From: Octopus vulgaris
Taxonomy: Eukaryota
DNA length: 64,000 bases
Direction: 5' to 3'
Assembly: GCA_951406725.2 (NCBI GenBank)
Contig: OX597817.1
Span: 100,998,001 to 101,062,000, forward strand
The notes under the pieces are model-generated. The model saw only the letters and a list, made by a program, of their open reading frames with translations, did no database searches and was not told where the DNA came from. This document shows, in pieces, positions 13,047 through 26,950 of the stretch. Numbering within the stretch: position 1 is the stretch's first letter; the number at the start of each line of letters is the position of its first letter. Made by a program: the position numbers and the translations under genes.

Positions 13047-15517
13047 CAATATTGTTCTGAGACACATTGAAACGAAGATCATCACACAAACAAATAATCT
13101 TATCAAGGCTGCTAGTAGGATTTTGGCGGAAAGGATGGGATTGGGATCTACTGAGAATACAACAGCGGCGGAAAGAAGAGGAAATAAACAACCGTAGTAG
13201 AAAAGGAGAATTTCTGAAGATATAAACTCCTTGAGCAGTATAGTGTTAATACTTTTCAGAAAAAGAAATGGAGAACTGAAGAATGAATGGAAATTTAAAA
13301 AAGTTAGGAAGGATTATGTTGTAGATACAAAATGTTTGAAGGTTGTAATTGAAGAACAGAAGCAGCGCATACATACAAAAAAAAAGCAAAGCTAACTAGG
13401 TTTGAACAACGGATTAAGCAATACCAGCAAAACAAATTGTTTAGAACTCACAAAAAAGATTTTATGAAGAGAGTAATGACGATAAAAACGTGAAAGAATA
13501 GTCCTTGATGCTAATGAAAGTCGACTTTTGGCGGGTAAGATATTGAGTAAGCAAGAACAATATAATACTACAGCTGAATGGCTCTGCAACATGAAGCAAA
13601 CAGCTTCTTATTCCCATCAAGAGGTTATCCACTTCACAGAAGACAGTATCAGAAATATGAGTAAAAAGATAAGCAATTGGAAAGCAGCAAGGACCTGATG
13701 GTGTACAGGGATTTTGGATAAAGAAGTTCGGTAGTTGCCATAAATTGATCGCAGAACAGTTTAATGCATTGATTAATGGAGAAGATGAAATCCCAGGTTC
13801 GTTGACAAAAGGACGAATGGTGTTGTACATGAAGGATGCATCAAAGGGAAATGCTGCTGACAATTACAGACCAATTTGCTGCCTCCTGTTAATGTGGAAA
13901 TTACTGTCAGGAGGACTTGCAGAAGAACTGTATAAATTTTTTGATGAAAACGATATATTACCACTGGAACAAAAAGGCTGTAGAAAGAGATGCAGAGGTA
14001 CCAAAACTCAACTATTGAAAGACAAGGAAAATATATCTGGGAATGGCCTGAATTGACTATCGCAAAGCTTATGAAACGATTCCACATTCGTGGATCATCG
14101 AGTCCTTAGATCTGTTTGGAATTGCGAGGAGTGTAACGTAATTTCTCAAGAGAAGTATGGCGGTATGGAAAACTGAACAAACATCTTACGGGAAAGCTTG
14201 GGCACCCCGAGTATCAGAAGAGAGACTTTCCAGAGTGACAACCTCTCTCCGTTGCTTTTTTGTTCTCTGCATGATACTCCTAACCTTGTTACTCAAGAAA
14301 ATGAACCTTGGGTACCAACTAAAGGAAAAATCTCAAACAATCAACCACCTCCTCTTTATGGGTGATTTGAAACTGTATGGCAAAGTTGAGACACAAGCGA
14401 GTTCCTTGGGGAATACAGTCTACTGTTTTTGTACTGATATTAGAACGAAATTTGGACTCAAGAACTGCAGAGTAATCTACCTTAAAAGAGGCAATGTACA
14501 GTCTCTAGCAGATATAGAATAACAGAATAGAGTCTTGATTAAGCAAATTGAAGCGGAAGGATACTAATACCTTGGTGTACTAGAGTGCAATGAGATAATG
14601 GAAATGAAAGAGCAACTGAGAATGGAGTATTTTCGAAGACTAAGTTTGGTTCTGCACTCAAAATTAACTGGCTGAAATAAAATCCAAGCAGTATGAAGCG
14701 GGAATTATAAAATGGCAAAAGAGAGAAATGAAGAAAATGTATACCAAGACCAGAAAAATATTGATAGCACCCGGAGCCTTCCACCCTGAGTGACACCGAT
14801 AGGCTGTACTTGTCCAGAAGAAAGGGTGGGAGAGGTTTGATCAGTTGCCAAGACTATATCGAAGCAGTGGAAAACAGGCTAGGAGTTTTATATAAAAAAT
14901 TCTTTGGAGCCACTGTTGAAACACACGACGAAGGTCGGCGTCATCAAAACTGAAAATTGTGTAACTAAAGAACATTTTAAACAAGAAATGAACGTAAAAA
15001 AAGCATGTAAGGAAAAAAATGTACGGTCAGTTTGCAGAGATGTGAAAAGTCGAGACATATACAGAGGACCAGTGGCTATGGATGAGGAGGAGTGACCTGA
15101 AGAAAGAGACAGAAGCACTCCACTCATGTAGGCAGATCAGGAGCAAGCTGATATAAGATATAATATGCATGATTATCGACATAGCATGCCCCGGTGAAAA
15201 CAGGATCAATGTGAATGAAGAAGCAAAAAAAACCTCGACGATTGCAAGTGGGATATACGAAGGTTGTGGTCAATGAAGAAAGTAGACGTGATACCAATAG
15301 TAAATGGCGCACTTAGAAGTATCAGCACTCAACTACAAACATGGCTGAAAAAGATCGGTGCAAGCATGGAGGTAGAATACCTACAAAAATCAGCATTGCT
15401 TGGAACTGCAAGAATTCTTCGCAGGGTTCTTGAAGCATGATCAGTAAACAAGTGTCACCTTAGTCTGCTGGCTGTGGACAGCTGACACTTTCCACCATAC
15501 CCCAGCAAAATAAGCTC

Positions 15518-15518
<1 letters not shown>
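13047..15518 (+). mobile_element. Old, heavily degenerate R4/Dong-like element (family 3)
   Basis: NYRPICCL, PLEQKGCRK, INHLLFMGDLKLYGK, KFGLKNC and the C-terminal LQKSALLGTARILRRVL; terminates in a long (AAT)n. Confidence 0.85.
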
Positions 15519-15594
<76 letters not shown>

Positions 15595-15620
15595 TATTAT
15601 TATTATTATTATTATTATTA

Positions 15621-15708
<88 letters not shown>

Positions 15709-15709
15709 G

Positions 15710-16420
15710 ATACATTCTTTATTGACCACCAGTGCCAAACACAAAACATAGAGGACGATACACAGACGAAGGTCAGTGAGGTTAAACGTGTAGACAGCAA
15801 ACAAACACAACGATTAACAAAGAGATTAAATCAACAATATGCTTCCCCAGTAGGGGGAAGTTCCACCGTAAGGTGACCAAAGAGACATCACGCACTGTGG
15901 ACACCTTAACACCAATGGCTCCTCAGGAAGGCACCCTCTCTTCTCGCTTCCATCCGGCCTACAGGCGCACACTTAGAGTAGGCCCATTCACGCGGTCATT
16001 CTTGCCACATTCAACAGCTTTCAACAAACTTACTGACTTTCCTTTAGAGGTGGCGTTGACCAAAGAGGAAGGGACGCGTCTTCAAATTCTTTCAATGGCG
16101 TCCACCGCACAATCTCTTTTGCCATAGCCACCAGATAGAGAAAAATTGCCCTCCCTTCCCGCCAAATGAAGGAAGTGGGGCGATCTTCTCAATCGACTCG
16201 GACGATAGCCAGATCCGTTCTACACGTGACAATAACTGTTCGACAAAGCTCCACAAGTCAGCAATACGCGGATTCTGTACGAGAGCATGCAGAACAGTTT
16301 CATTGCACCGCGTGCATCTCGGACAAGTCCGACTGACTGCACACCCGTACCTGTTGAGCTTATCTAGAACCGACAATGCCCCCAGTAGCACTGCCAGGCC
16401 AGTGATTTCTGGAAGTTATC
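15710..16420 (-). mobile_element. Tx1/L1-like LINE 3' fragment
   Basis: LSVLDKLNRYG..TCPRC..ETVLHALVQ (zf-RVT/CCHC region), homologous to 17751-18236; minus-strand AATAAA near 15720 followed by (TAA)n. Confidence 0.8.
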
Positions 16421-16445
16421 AATAATAACAATAATAATAATAATG

Positions 16446-16581
<136 letters not shown>

Positions 16582-16597
16582 CACTAATTATAATAAG

Positions 16598-16992
16598 AGA
16601 TCACCGAGGAAAAAATGCTTTCTAATCGATGTATCAATACCAACAGATGACAATGTTTCTATAAAAGAAACTGAGAAACTTTCAAAATACAATGACCTGG
16701 AAATAGTGGTAGCTCGAATGTGGAGTCTAAAAGCAGCAACAATTCCTATCTTAGTAGGCGCAATAAATATGATAAAAAAATATTGAGACAAATACATAAC
16801 AAAAACACCAGGACTAACAAATTTATGTAACATACAGAAATAACACTACTAGGCACCGCACACATCCTACGTAAAACACTTTCAGTAGAGTAAAAATAAG
16901 AGCATTACAACAAACTACACTGCATATCCAAGGCACATAGAGATGTGCTCGGTAGTGCAGTGAAAGCACGTAATAAAAATAAGACTACTGAA
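16598..16992 (+). mobile_element. R4/Dong-like family 1 3' fragment (diverged)
   Basis: Aligns by eye with 8386-8781 (FLIDVSIP..EKLSKY, same 3' UTR ending ..GACTACTGAAT); preceded by (TAA)n. Confidence 0.85.
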
Positions 16993-17019
16993 TTAGAGTA
17001 ACAGTATACATGTACACAT

Positions 17020-17430
17020 AATCCTTTCTACTGGAATCATAAGGCGCCAAATTTGGGGGAAGAGGTTAGATCGATTATATCAACCCCAATGCGTAACTGG
17101 TACTTAATTTACCCACCTCGAAAGGATGAAAGACAAAGTCGATCCCGGCGGCATTTGAACTCAGAACATTGAGATAGACGAAATACTGCTAAGCATTTCT
17201 CCCGGCGTGCGAACGATTCTTTTCTACTCTAGGCACAAGGTCTGAAATTCTGGGGAGGGGAGGAAGTCGATTAGATTGACCCCAGTACGCAAGTGGTACT
17301 TAATTTATCGACCCCGAAAGGATGAAAGGCAAAGTCGACCTGGGCGGAATTTGAACTCAGAACGTAAAGACAGACGAAAAACCAATTTCTTTATTGCTCA
17401 CAGGGAACCAAACACAGAAATGGACAAAAC
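17020..17430 (-). mobile_element. Two tandem tRNA-derived SINE copies
   Basis: Reverse complement contains B-box GAGTTCAAAT(G/T)CC and the body GTCGACTTTG(C/T)CTTTCATCCTTTCG shared with 40135-40368 and 62984-63820. Confidence 0.8.
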
Positions 17431-17449
17431 AACTGATTGAGATCAGTAA

Positions 17450-18231
17450 TACATTATGATTTTACATAAAATATGAATATAAAAATTATCCAAAATATTT
17501 TAAAAATCGAATGAAATTAACAATACAGAGACAACACAAATATAGCGATGATCAAGGCCACGCTCCGACCCCACAAGCCCCGATCTATCGCTTGTACCTT
17601 ATTTTTTGTTCTTCTTTTATAGCCTATTCACACGGTTCCTTGCACACACAACACTTGTGCAACATGCTTCCATCACCTTTTGAACATACTCTCAGACAGA
17701 CACCTCTTCTCCAGCCATACCTTCCTTTTCAAACGAAAAGTAAAAAATGATCATAAATCGCGGCCGGAGATAAAGTTGCCTGTCTTAATCTCTTTTATTA
17801 TCCTAGTCTTCCATACTGCCTCTTTCGCTATAGCTACAACTGTGAGAAAACATTTCTTACTTTCGTTTGTTAAAACTTCCGGTGGATCAATTTTTATTAT
17901 TGACTCAGTCCACAGCTGTACTCTTCCTTCGCCGGACAACAGGTGTTCAGCATAAACCCATATATCAGATATCTCCGGACACTGGACAATAGCGTGAGGG
18001 ACGGTTTCCCTGTCTCCCCCGCATCTTGGACAGGTTAGAGACTGACGCTTACCATGTCTTGCGAGCTTATCCCAAACGGGCAAGGCACCTCTGTAACATT
18101 GCCAGTTCAAGGACTTTTGGAAGTTGTCCAACGTTCTCAACCCGAACGTAGGATGGAACAGGCTGTCCAGTTGAATATACCCGAGACCTAGAGTCCCCCA
18201 GATCAAGGTAACATTTAGACTATACCATCGT

Positions 18232-18232
<1 letters not shown>
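17450..18232 (-). mobile_element. 3' part of a Tx1/L1-like LINE (ORF2 C-terminus + 3' UTR), continuous with 36098-40120
   Basis: LDNFQKSLNWQCYRGALPVWDKL..TCPRCGGDRETVPHAIVQC..VWKTR; YSLNVT peptide at the break is also present at ~36105-36122. Confidence 0.85.
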
Positions 18233-18281
<49 letters not shown>

Positions 18282-18292
18282 TTTATAGAAGG

Positions 18293-18343
18293 AGCTTCTA
18301 CAGGACTAGAACTGTTTCATTCAAATGAAATCATCAGGAAGCT
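18293..18343 (-). ncRNA. Type I hammerhead ribozyme (PLE A)
   Basis: Minus strand AGCTTC-CTGATGA-T-TTC(attt)GAA-T-GAAA-CAG(ttctagtc)CTG-TA-GAAGCT: 6-bp stem I, intact core, GUA triplet. Confidence 0.85.
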
Positions 18344-18556
18344 TGGCGTCAAGAATAGTTTTGGCATTTATACATTTAGGCAGATTTGATGGGGTGGTGG
18401 TGGGGGACTTTTTTGGGGTAGGCAGGGCACAAACTGTCTTTCTTAGGGGAGTGGTCAAAAGAATCAGTGATAAAGTAGATAAATGAATAAATAGAATAAT
18501 AGAATAGAGTTTTAGGTAAATAGGAAGACTATTGCTTATATATATATATATATATA

Positions 18557-18894
18557 ATTAATCAATATAGGGTGGCAAAAAAAATTTTGTAGAATTCTTT
18601 TGCCACCAGCGGCCTAGTAGGAAAAAATTAAAATAGTCATAGACCATTTTTAAGTTCAACATCAACAATAAAGGAACGGCCATAATAGGCCATTCACCCA
18701 CTAGAAATAACAGCCAAAGCTTCAACCGCAAATAAAAGTTAATTCAGTAAACCAGGAGAAAATTTAAAAAATTACAGGGTAAATGTTTTTTAAATTTTCT
18801 CCTGGTTTACTGAATTAACTTTTATTTGCGGTTGAAGCTTTGGCTGTTATTTCTAGTGGGTGAATGGCCTATTATGGCCGTTCCTTTATTGTTG

Positions 18895-18896
<2 letters not shown>
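18557..18896. repeat. Miniature fold-back element: 111-bp perfect inverted repeat plus ~100-nt one-sided extension
   Basis: 18661-18771 = revcomp 18786-18896 with a 14-nt loop; flanked by (TA)n; shares CTAGAAATA(A/G)CAGCCA and an ATTGTTGAT(AT) end with 25597-25802. Confidence 0.85.
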
Positions 18897-18932
<36 letters not shown>

Positions 18933-19191
18933 GTATACATATACATATGTATACACATATACATATGTATACACATACGCACACACACACATACACATAC
19001 TCATACACACACACTTATATACATACGCACATATATATATATACCTACATATATATACAGATACACATACACATACATGCCAACATGCAAGCACACGCAC
19101 ATATATATCTACACATATATATATATATAAAAAAAAGGAATATACACACCCATACACACACACACACATACATATACGCATGCATATATAC

Positions 19192-19272
<81 letters not shown>

Positions 19273-19980
19273 CACATACATGCACATATATACACACACA
19301 TTTTCTCCCTTATTTTATTTTATTTTTATTTTTATTTTATTTTTAGTTTGACCTCTTCAGAATCATAGAAGGTGTAATATATGACCTGCCCACTCGCCGA
19401 CACACATTTAGTGGCGCTGGAGTAGCCGTTCACCGGGGTGCTAGCCGGTCTGAATGAAATCCATTTACCGCCCCTCTCTCTTCCTTCACACTCATACACA
19501 TACACAAAGACATATGTTCTCTCGCTCATTTCCTTATCAGCCACTCATACTTATGTATGTATCTCTCTCTATACAGGCGCATATATACGTATATACATAT
19601 ATATGCATATATGTATGTACATACATATACACACGCAAGTACACATATTCATACATACATAAATGTACCCACTTTCACATAAACGTATACATAACTATGT
19701 ACACACAAAACCACATATATAAAAGTACTTCAGTACACATAAACACACATGAACATCTGCCCGCATATGTACACGCATATGCTTATAAATACATATATGC
19801 ACACATGCGCGCATACACGTGTACATAAAAGCATACCTACATATACATACCTACACACATATATATATCCACATACATGCACGTACATACACATGCGTTC
19901 ACGTACATACAAATATATATCTACACACATACACATACATACATATATACACATACAGAGATCTACAAGTCCTTATATAT

Positions 19981-20027
<47 letters not shown>

Positions 20028-20110
20028 GGTCCCGGGTTGATTCGGGGTTAACCACAGTAAATAAGGTACTCAATACATAGCAGAGTAAAATTAATTTATT
20101 ATATAGAAGG

Positions 20111-20161
20111 AGCTTCTACAGGACTAGAACTGTTTCATTCAAGAGAAATCTTCAGGAAGCT
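20111..20161 (-). ncRNA. Type I hammerhead ribozyme (PLE D)
   Basis: AGCTTC-CTGAAGA-T-TTC(tctt)GAA-T-GAAA-CAG(ttctagtc)CTG-TA-GAAGCT on the minus strand. Confidence 0.85.
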
Positions 20162-21329
20162 AGTTAACAAGAATTGTATTGGCATTTATACATTTAGGCA
20201 GGTTTAAAGGGGTGTTGGTGGGGGACTTTTTGGGGGTAGGCATAGCGCAAAATATCATACTTGGGGGAGTGGTCAAGGAGTCAGTGTTAAATTAGATAGA
20301 AGAATAAATAAAAAAAAAAAAATAAAATAAAAAAATAAAAAAATAAATAAAAAAATAAAAAAATCTATATATAAAAAAAGGGGAATAGAGTTTTAGGTAA
20401 ATAAGGAGATTCTCACTTATACCTATGCACACATGTATACATACATACACACATATACAAACATATATACATATACATACACACATACATACACACACAT
20501 ATATATACATATATATACACTTACACATACATATACATATCTACACATACACATATATGTATACATACACACACTCACATGCATACACGTATACACACAT
20601 GTATATATACACACACGACCACACATACATATACGCACAGAAAAATATATATACACATACACACACATACTCACATACACGCATACACACACGTACCACA
20701 CACACACACACACACAGCACACTAGTCCCTATATACACATACACACACATATACACACACACACATACATATACATACATGTATATATATATATACATAT
20801 ATATACATATGTGTACCTATGCATACCTACACACACACACATATATATACACATACAAATACAGACCCATTCCCTAATTTTAATTTTATTATCTTCGTTT
20901 ATTACTTTTGTTATCTTTGGCCGCTTGGTCACAAACATCTTGGCTATGACAGCCAGTCCATTTATCTGTCTACTGGAAAACAAGCACTCATTCACTCACG
21001 CACACTCTTTAGCACGTACACTCACTCATTCGTACACTCATACACATACACGCACGCACGCGTTATATTCATACATACATACATCTACATACATTCACGT
21101 ATATACAGATACGTACGCGTACCTACAGATTCATGTCTACACTCTTAGAAGGCTAGTCTATATATATACACCAATAAATATAAATACACACACATACATA
21201 TACACCTACATACAAATACATACATGTATATATATATATATATATAAAAAAGTTGAGTTGTGGGGTATCGCACGAGTGGGATTATATAAGAAAAAAGGTT
21301 TGAAAATGCAATTTAAACGATGTTTATTT

Positions 21330-21370
21330 ACTTAACCGGTTTCACTCTTTGGTAAAAGATTGTCAAAAGT
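21330..21370 (-). ncRNA. Degenerate minimal hammerhead-like motif
   Basis: ACTT-TTGACAA-TCTTT(tacc)AAAGA-GT-GAAA-CCG-GTT-AAGT; core has two transitions from CTGACGA; palindromic stem III (AACCGGTT). Confidence 0.45.
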
Positions 21371-21383
21371 TACATTTAAGGAA

Positions 21384-21612
21384 ACATTGAATAATATGGG
21401 TTCAAAAAAGTTTTTTACATAATTGTCACATTGAATATTATGCATTCAAAAAAGTTTTTTACATAATTGTCACATTGGATATTATGGGTTCAAAAAAAGT
21501 TTTTTACATAATTGTCACATTGAATATTATGCATTCAAAAAAGTTTTTTACATAATTGTCACATTGGATATTATGAATTCAAAAATGTTTTTTTATACAT
21601 AATTGTCACATT
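21384..21612. repeat. ~44-bp minisatellite, 5 copies
   Basis: Unit ACATTG(A/G)ATATTATG(GG/CA)TTCAAAAAAGTTTTTTACATAATTGTC. Confidence 0.9.
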
Positions 21613-22158
21613 ATTTGGGAAAATTTGGCAGAAAAGGATAAAACAAATATATTATTGGGAATTGGTTGCGTTAATTATTGGTTGTCGCAAATTGTCACAT
21701 TACATGTATATATATACAATCTTTGGTATATATATACAGCGTTTTGACAGCAAAAATTAAAATGGATTTTTTGTACATCTCAGAATATTTTAAGTATGTT
21801 TTTACTGACCTGTCAGTATTAGCAGAAAGGCTGAACTGAGAGAACAGAAGAAGTAGCCAATGTGGTGTATACTTCCCCTTTATGCATGAATGATTTTGGG
21901 GATATCAGGAGGTTAGTATGCGGGTGTGAATAGATGTGTCCGTGCCTGCTGGTCAGACAGTGTCTGTTTGTCACACACATATATATACACACAAACACAC
22001 ACACACACAACAACACACACACACACACACATAGTATACAAACAACACACACACACACAGAACACACACACCCACACACAACGCACCCACATATATCACA
22101 TATACACACAGCACACAAATATAACATGTATCTATATATAACATACACAGATATATAA

Positions 22159-22211
<53 letters not shown>

Positions 22212-23019
22212 CACACGCACACATACATACATAATATAAATATCACACAAATACACCTAGCATATATATACACACATACAATACACACATACAGCATGTA
22301 AGTAATATACATACACAATATATGCATGCAATATACATACGCAATACATACATATAATATATATATATATAGACAATGCATATACATATATACACATATA
22401 CATATAAATAGTGTTTACATACACATACATAGATGTACCACATATACACACAACACACATACATACAATGCATACACATACACGTACGCATACATATAAT
22501 ATATATATACACACACACACACATAACATACATACACACACAATGCATACATATATATACACGCAATGCATATACATGTATTCATGCACATATAGCACAC
22601 CTACAATATACATATATACAGTGCACACATACACACAAATATATACACTTAATTGTACACGTACATATACAATACACATACATACAATATACATATACAC
22701 AATGCGCATGCAAATAATGTACATGTTTATACACACATAAACATGCAAATAAATATACACACACACACATACACACACACACATATATATATACACATAT
22801 ATATATATATATATACACACATACATACATACATACATACATGCACATACATATATTTTTTCACACACATACACACACATATATATATATAAAAAATTCA
22901 CCCCCCCACACACAAATTACAAACCTATAGCGTACACACTCAAATATATCTCTACATACCGCACACACACACAAACAAAGTACTAACAAATACACACATA
23001 CCATGCATATACACACACA

Positions 23020-23067
<48 letters not shown>

Positions 23068-23232
23068 GATACATATGTAAATACATACACACGTACACAA
23101 TGCTCACACACACACACACACATACACACACACCCGCACACAGTGCACACACACACACACATATATACACACGTGCACACACACACACATACAACGCGCG
23201 CACACACACATATACACACACACGCACACAGT

Positions 23233-23264
<32 letters not shown>

Positions 23265-23405
23265 CACTCACACACATACATCACCTACATATATATAATG
23301 CATGCGTGTGCATGCCACGTATGTGTGCGGTCAATGCCCGCTAGTGCACACACACACACACATACAACGCGCGCACACACACATATACACACACACGCAC
23401 ACAGT

Positions 23406-23445
<40 letters not shown>

Positions 23446-23889
23446 CACTCACACACATACATCACCTACATATATATAATGCATGCGTGTGCATGCCACG
23501 TATGTGTGCGGTCAATGCCCGCTAGTGTGTCCTATGCGTGCCGATGCGCGCATGTGCCCGCCCGCACGATATGCTGTGAGCGTGCGCGCGTCCCTGTGTG
23601 CTTGCTCTGGATGTGCTTCCAGGGAGTATGTTAGAGTATGTTTAGTTGTGGTCTGTATTTTTGAATAAGATTACTTTCCTTATTTATTCGTGTTTGGTCT
23701 GTGGTGTTGTCCGAGCATTGGTATAGTGGGAAGACTAAGAATTTGGGGGACTTATTGTGTGCACAAAGGTCTAAGTGTCCACTTAGTGGTATCTGTCTTG
23801 TGGAGGGGTCCCTCAGTTGTTGTCGGTGAACTAATCCCATAAAAGGCAAAAACAAAACCTTAGACAAATTTTGGACAAATTTCTGGTAC

Positions 23890-25020
23890 CTTTTAAGGTA
23901 CCAGATGTGGGCGGCGAGGGTAGTTTGGTTGGATTTATCCTGTCGCCGGAACGAGTGTGTGTGTGCGTACCAACGAGTCTTAAAGCTGTTTGACGTCATT
24001 CCTATGTAGGATTTTCTTTTATCGTCAGGGCCTGATCTTACCTCGCATGTATATACTAGGTCCCTCTGTAGGCAGTTGTTGTTGAGGGGGCAGGTGGTTT
24101 TATCAGGGCAGTTGCAATTGCTATCGGACGTTGGATGGGCCTCGGAAAAAGTAGATATGTTAAGTTTTTTCACATTGTTGTTGGCTAGGTTCCTGGCTAG
24201 ATTGGGCGTGGTAGAGTAGGAGAGTCTAATAGTGTTCTTATTTAGGATAGTGTAGTACTTATGTTGGGTGGGGAAGTGTTTCTGTAGGAGAGTGAAGAAG
24301 ATTTTAGCTACAGGTGTAGCGACCTCACGGTTGAAGGGGGGTTGTACCAGCTAATGTGTCTTCGTCTATTTTTCCTGGGTTGGCGTGGGGCTATACTAGT
24401 ATAGGTAATCTTATCTTTGAAGCCACTGCGGGCCAGGGCCTCGTTGTAATAGGGGGCTGCGGCCTTAAAGATATCTTCCGTGGCGGACAGGCTAGAAATT
24501 CTAATTGAGACACTTTTTACTAGGTTATCTAATATATTTTTGGGGTGGTTGGAATTAATATCTATATATTTAAGGGATTCATTCGGTTTGTGGTACGGGT
24601 AATAAAGTGAGGTTTTTAAGTCGAGGGTGACATCAAGGAAGTTAGCTTTAGTTAAGTTGGATTCTAAGGTAATCCTAAGGCCTAAGTTTTTAAAGAAGGT
24701 GTAAAGATTTTTCCGGAACCCATCCGTGGTCCTGGGGTTTATTTTGTGGAGGGCGAAAAGGCCGTCATCGCGGTAAAGACCACCGGAGAGGCCTGTGAAT
24801 AGGGTTTTCAGCCTATGGAGGATGAAAAGGCCCACTAGGTCACTTATTTCAGCAGAGTCGTTAGCACCCATGCTGACGTCTAAGGGGGTCACAGATTTTT
24901 TGTTGATCCAGTGGGATCCGTCATAGAAAAGAAAAGTCTTACGTGCGTGGAGGATCACATCTTGCTCGACCTCGGTGATGGTGGAAGACCTCCTGGCGAA
25001 GTTAATCGCGTCGATCAGCA
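23890..25020 (-). pseudogene. PLE reverse transcriptase (motifs B-E, thumb) + Cys-rich linker + GIY-YIG, frameshifted
   Basis: LLIDAINFA..ILHARKTFLF..LDVSMGANDSAEISDLVG..GLYRDDGL..NFLDVTLDL..YHKPN..SNHP..WYNPP; then CNC..CPL..C, VYTCEV, YIGMTSNSFKTRWYAH..LAAHIWYLK. Confidence 0.9.
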
Positions 25021-25411
25021 AGCTCTCGTGGAAACTACTACAGAAGGCGCGCTCGTACACAGGAGGCCATACCTGCTGTGACCTCTGCATATCGGAGAGC
25101 CTAGAGATCTTGTTCGCCAAAGGCCCTCTCCTTAACAAAATCTCAGAACACTCCCCAAATTGTATGCATAAGAAGTATGCGAACTACAAGAACTATAGAC
25201 CTACCCGGCAACCAGATTGATGACCCCCCCCCCCCACAACCCCCCCAATCCCACCGTTCCCCTAGCACCCCCGTTTACCTTTTCTCCTAAGACCTTTCAC
25301 ATATTGTATGTGCACGCTTGTATATGTGTATCGTATATATGTATAGAAATGTATGGGTATAGTAGGATTATACGCATGTATTATGTGTGTGTGTGCGTGT
25401 ATGTATGTAAA

Positions 25412-25466
<55 letters not shown>

Positions 25467-25468
25467 GC

Positions 25469-25501
<33 letters not shown>

Positions 25502-25939
25502 TAGATGTATGTATGTATATATGTATGTATGTGTGTATGCATATGTATGTGTATATGTATGTGTGTATGTATGTGTATGTATGTATAAAATATTATATAA
25601 TTAGGGCTTAGTAAAATAAATTACTTTGCCACATACTGAACTTTCTAGAAATAGCAGCCAATAAAGTTTTTTAGCCTCTTCCACTACTTAGAGAATATTT
25701 TCCCTCAGACATTGTTTACTCATAAAAATAATGGTCCTTTTACATACTGAATACTTGGTGAAATTGATTAATAACTAATTAACTTTACCCTCAATTGTTG
25801 ATATACGTATGTGTGTGTATATATATGTGTGCGTATGTGTATATGTACATGTATGTATATGTGTATGTATGTATGTATGTATGTATATGTATATATATAT
25901 GTATGTATATGTATATATATATGTGTATATATATATGTA

Positions 25940-26010
<71 letters not shown>

Positions 26011-26255
26011 GTATGTGTGTGTATATGTGTATTATATATGTATAGATTTATATATATGTATATGTATGTGTATATGTATGTGTGTGTGTATATGTATATA
26101 TGTGTATATATATGAGTGTACGCGAGTATGTCGATGTATATGTAGGTATGTAGAGTTATGTGTATGTACAGGTATGTGAGTGTAGATACAAATTGTAGAT
26201 GTGTATATATATGTATGTGTATATATACATGTATATAGGTATATGTATGTGTGTG

Positions 26256-26300
<45 letters not shown>

Positions 26301-26391
26301 GCGAGTATGTAGAGATATAAGTATGTGCATGTGTATATGTATATGTGTGTATATATATGTATGGGTATGTGTATGTGTATGTATGTATGTG

Positions 26392-26432
<41 letters not shown>

Positions 26433-26889
26433 ATGTATGCATATACGTATGTATGTATGTATGTATGTACATGTGTATGTATATATGTGTGTAAGTGTGT
26501 GTATATATGTAAATGTAAGTGTGTGTGCTTGTATGAGAATGTATGTATGTTTGCACACATGTATATATATGTGTGTGTATGTGTATGTGTATATATGTGT
26601 GTATATATGTATATATATATATATATATGTATGTATATATATATATATATGTGTATGTATATATATGTGTATGTATATATATGTGTATGTGTGTGTGTGT
26701 GTATACATGTGTGTATGTGTATGTATGTATGTATGTATATATATGCGTGTGTATGTGTATGTGTATGTGTACATATACGCGTACGCTCGTGTGTTTATGT
26801 ATATGTAGGTACGTAGAGTTATCTATGTGTGTATTTATATGTACATGTGTGTAAGTATGTATATATATATATATATATATGTGTGTGTA

Positions 26890-26950
<61 letters not shown>

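Larger units (their letters stand above)
21246..23830 (-). mobile_element. Penelope-like element C (different family) 3' fragment nested in D
   Basis: 23631-23830 (-) encodes VHRQQLRDPSTRQIPLSGHLDLC..FLVFPLYQ..RINKESNLIQKYRPQLN (GIY-YIG C-terminus); then a microsatellite UTR, a 44-bp minisatellite and a degenerate hammerhead before (TA)n. Confidence 0.7.

Noticed and set aside
21384-21612. Regularly spaced repeats resembling a CRISPR array
   Set aside because: Units are contiguous with no unique spacers; eukaryotic context and no cas genes.
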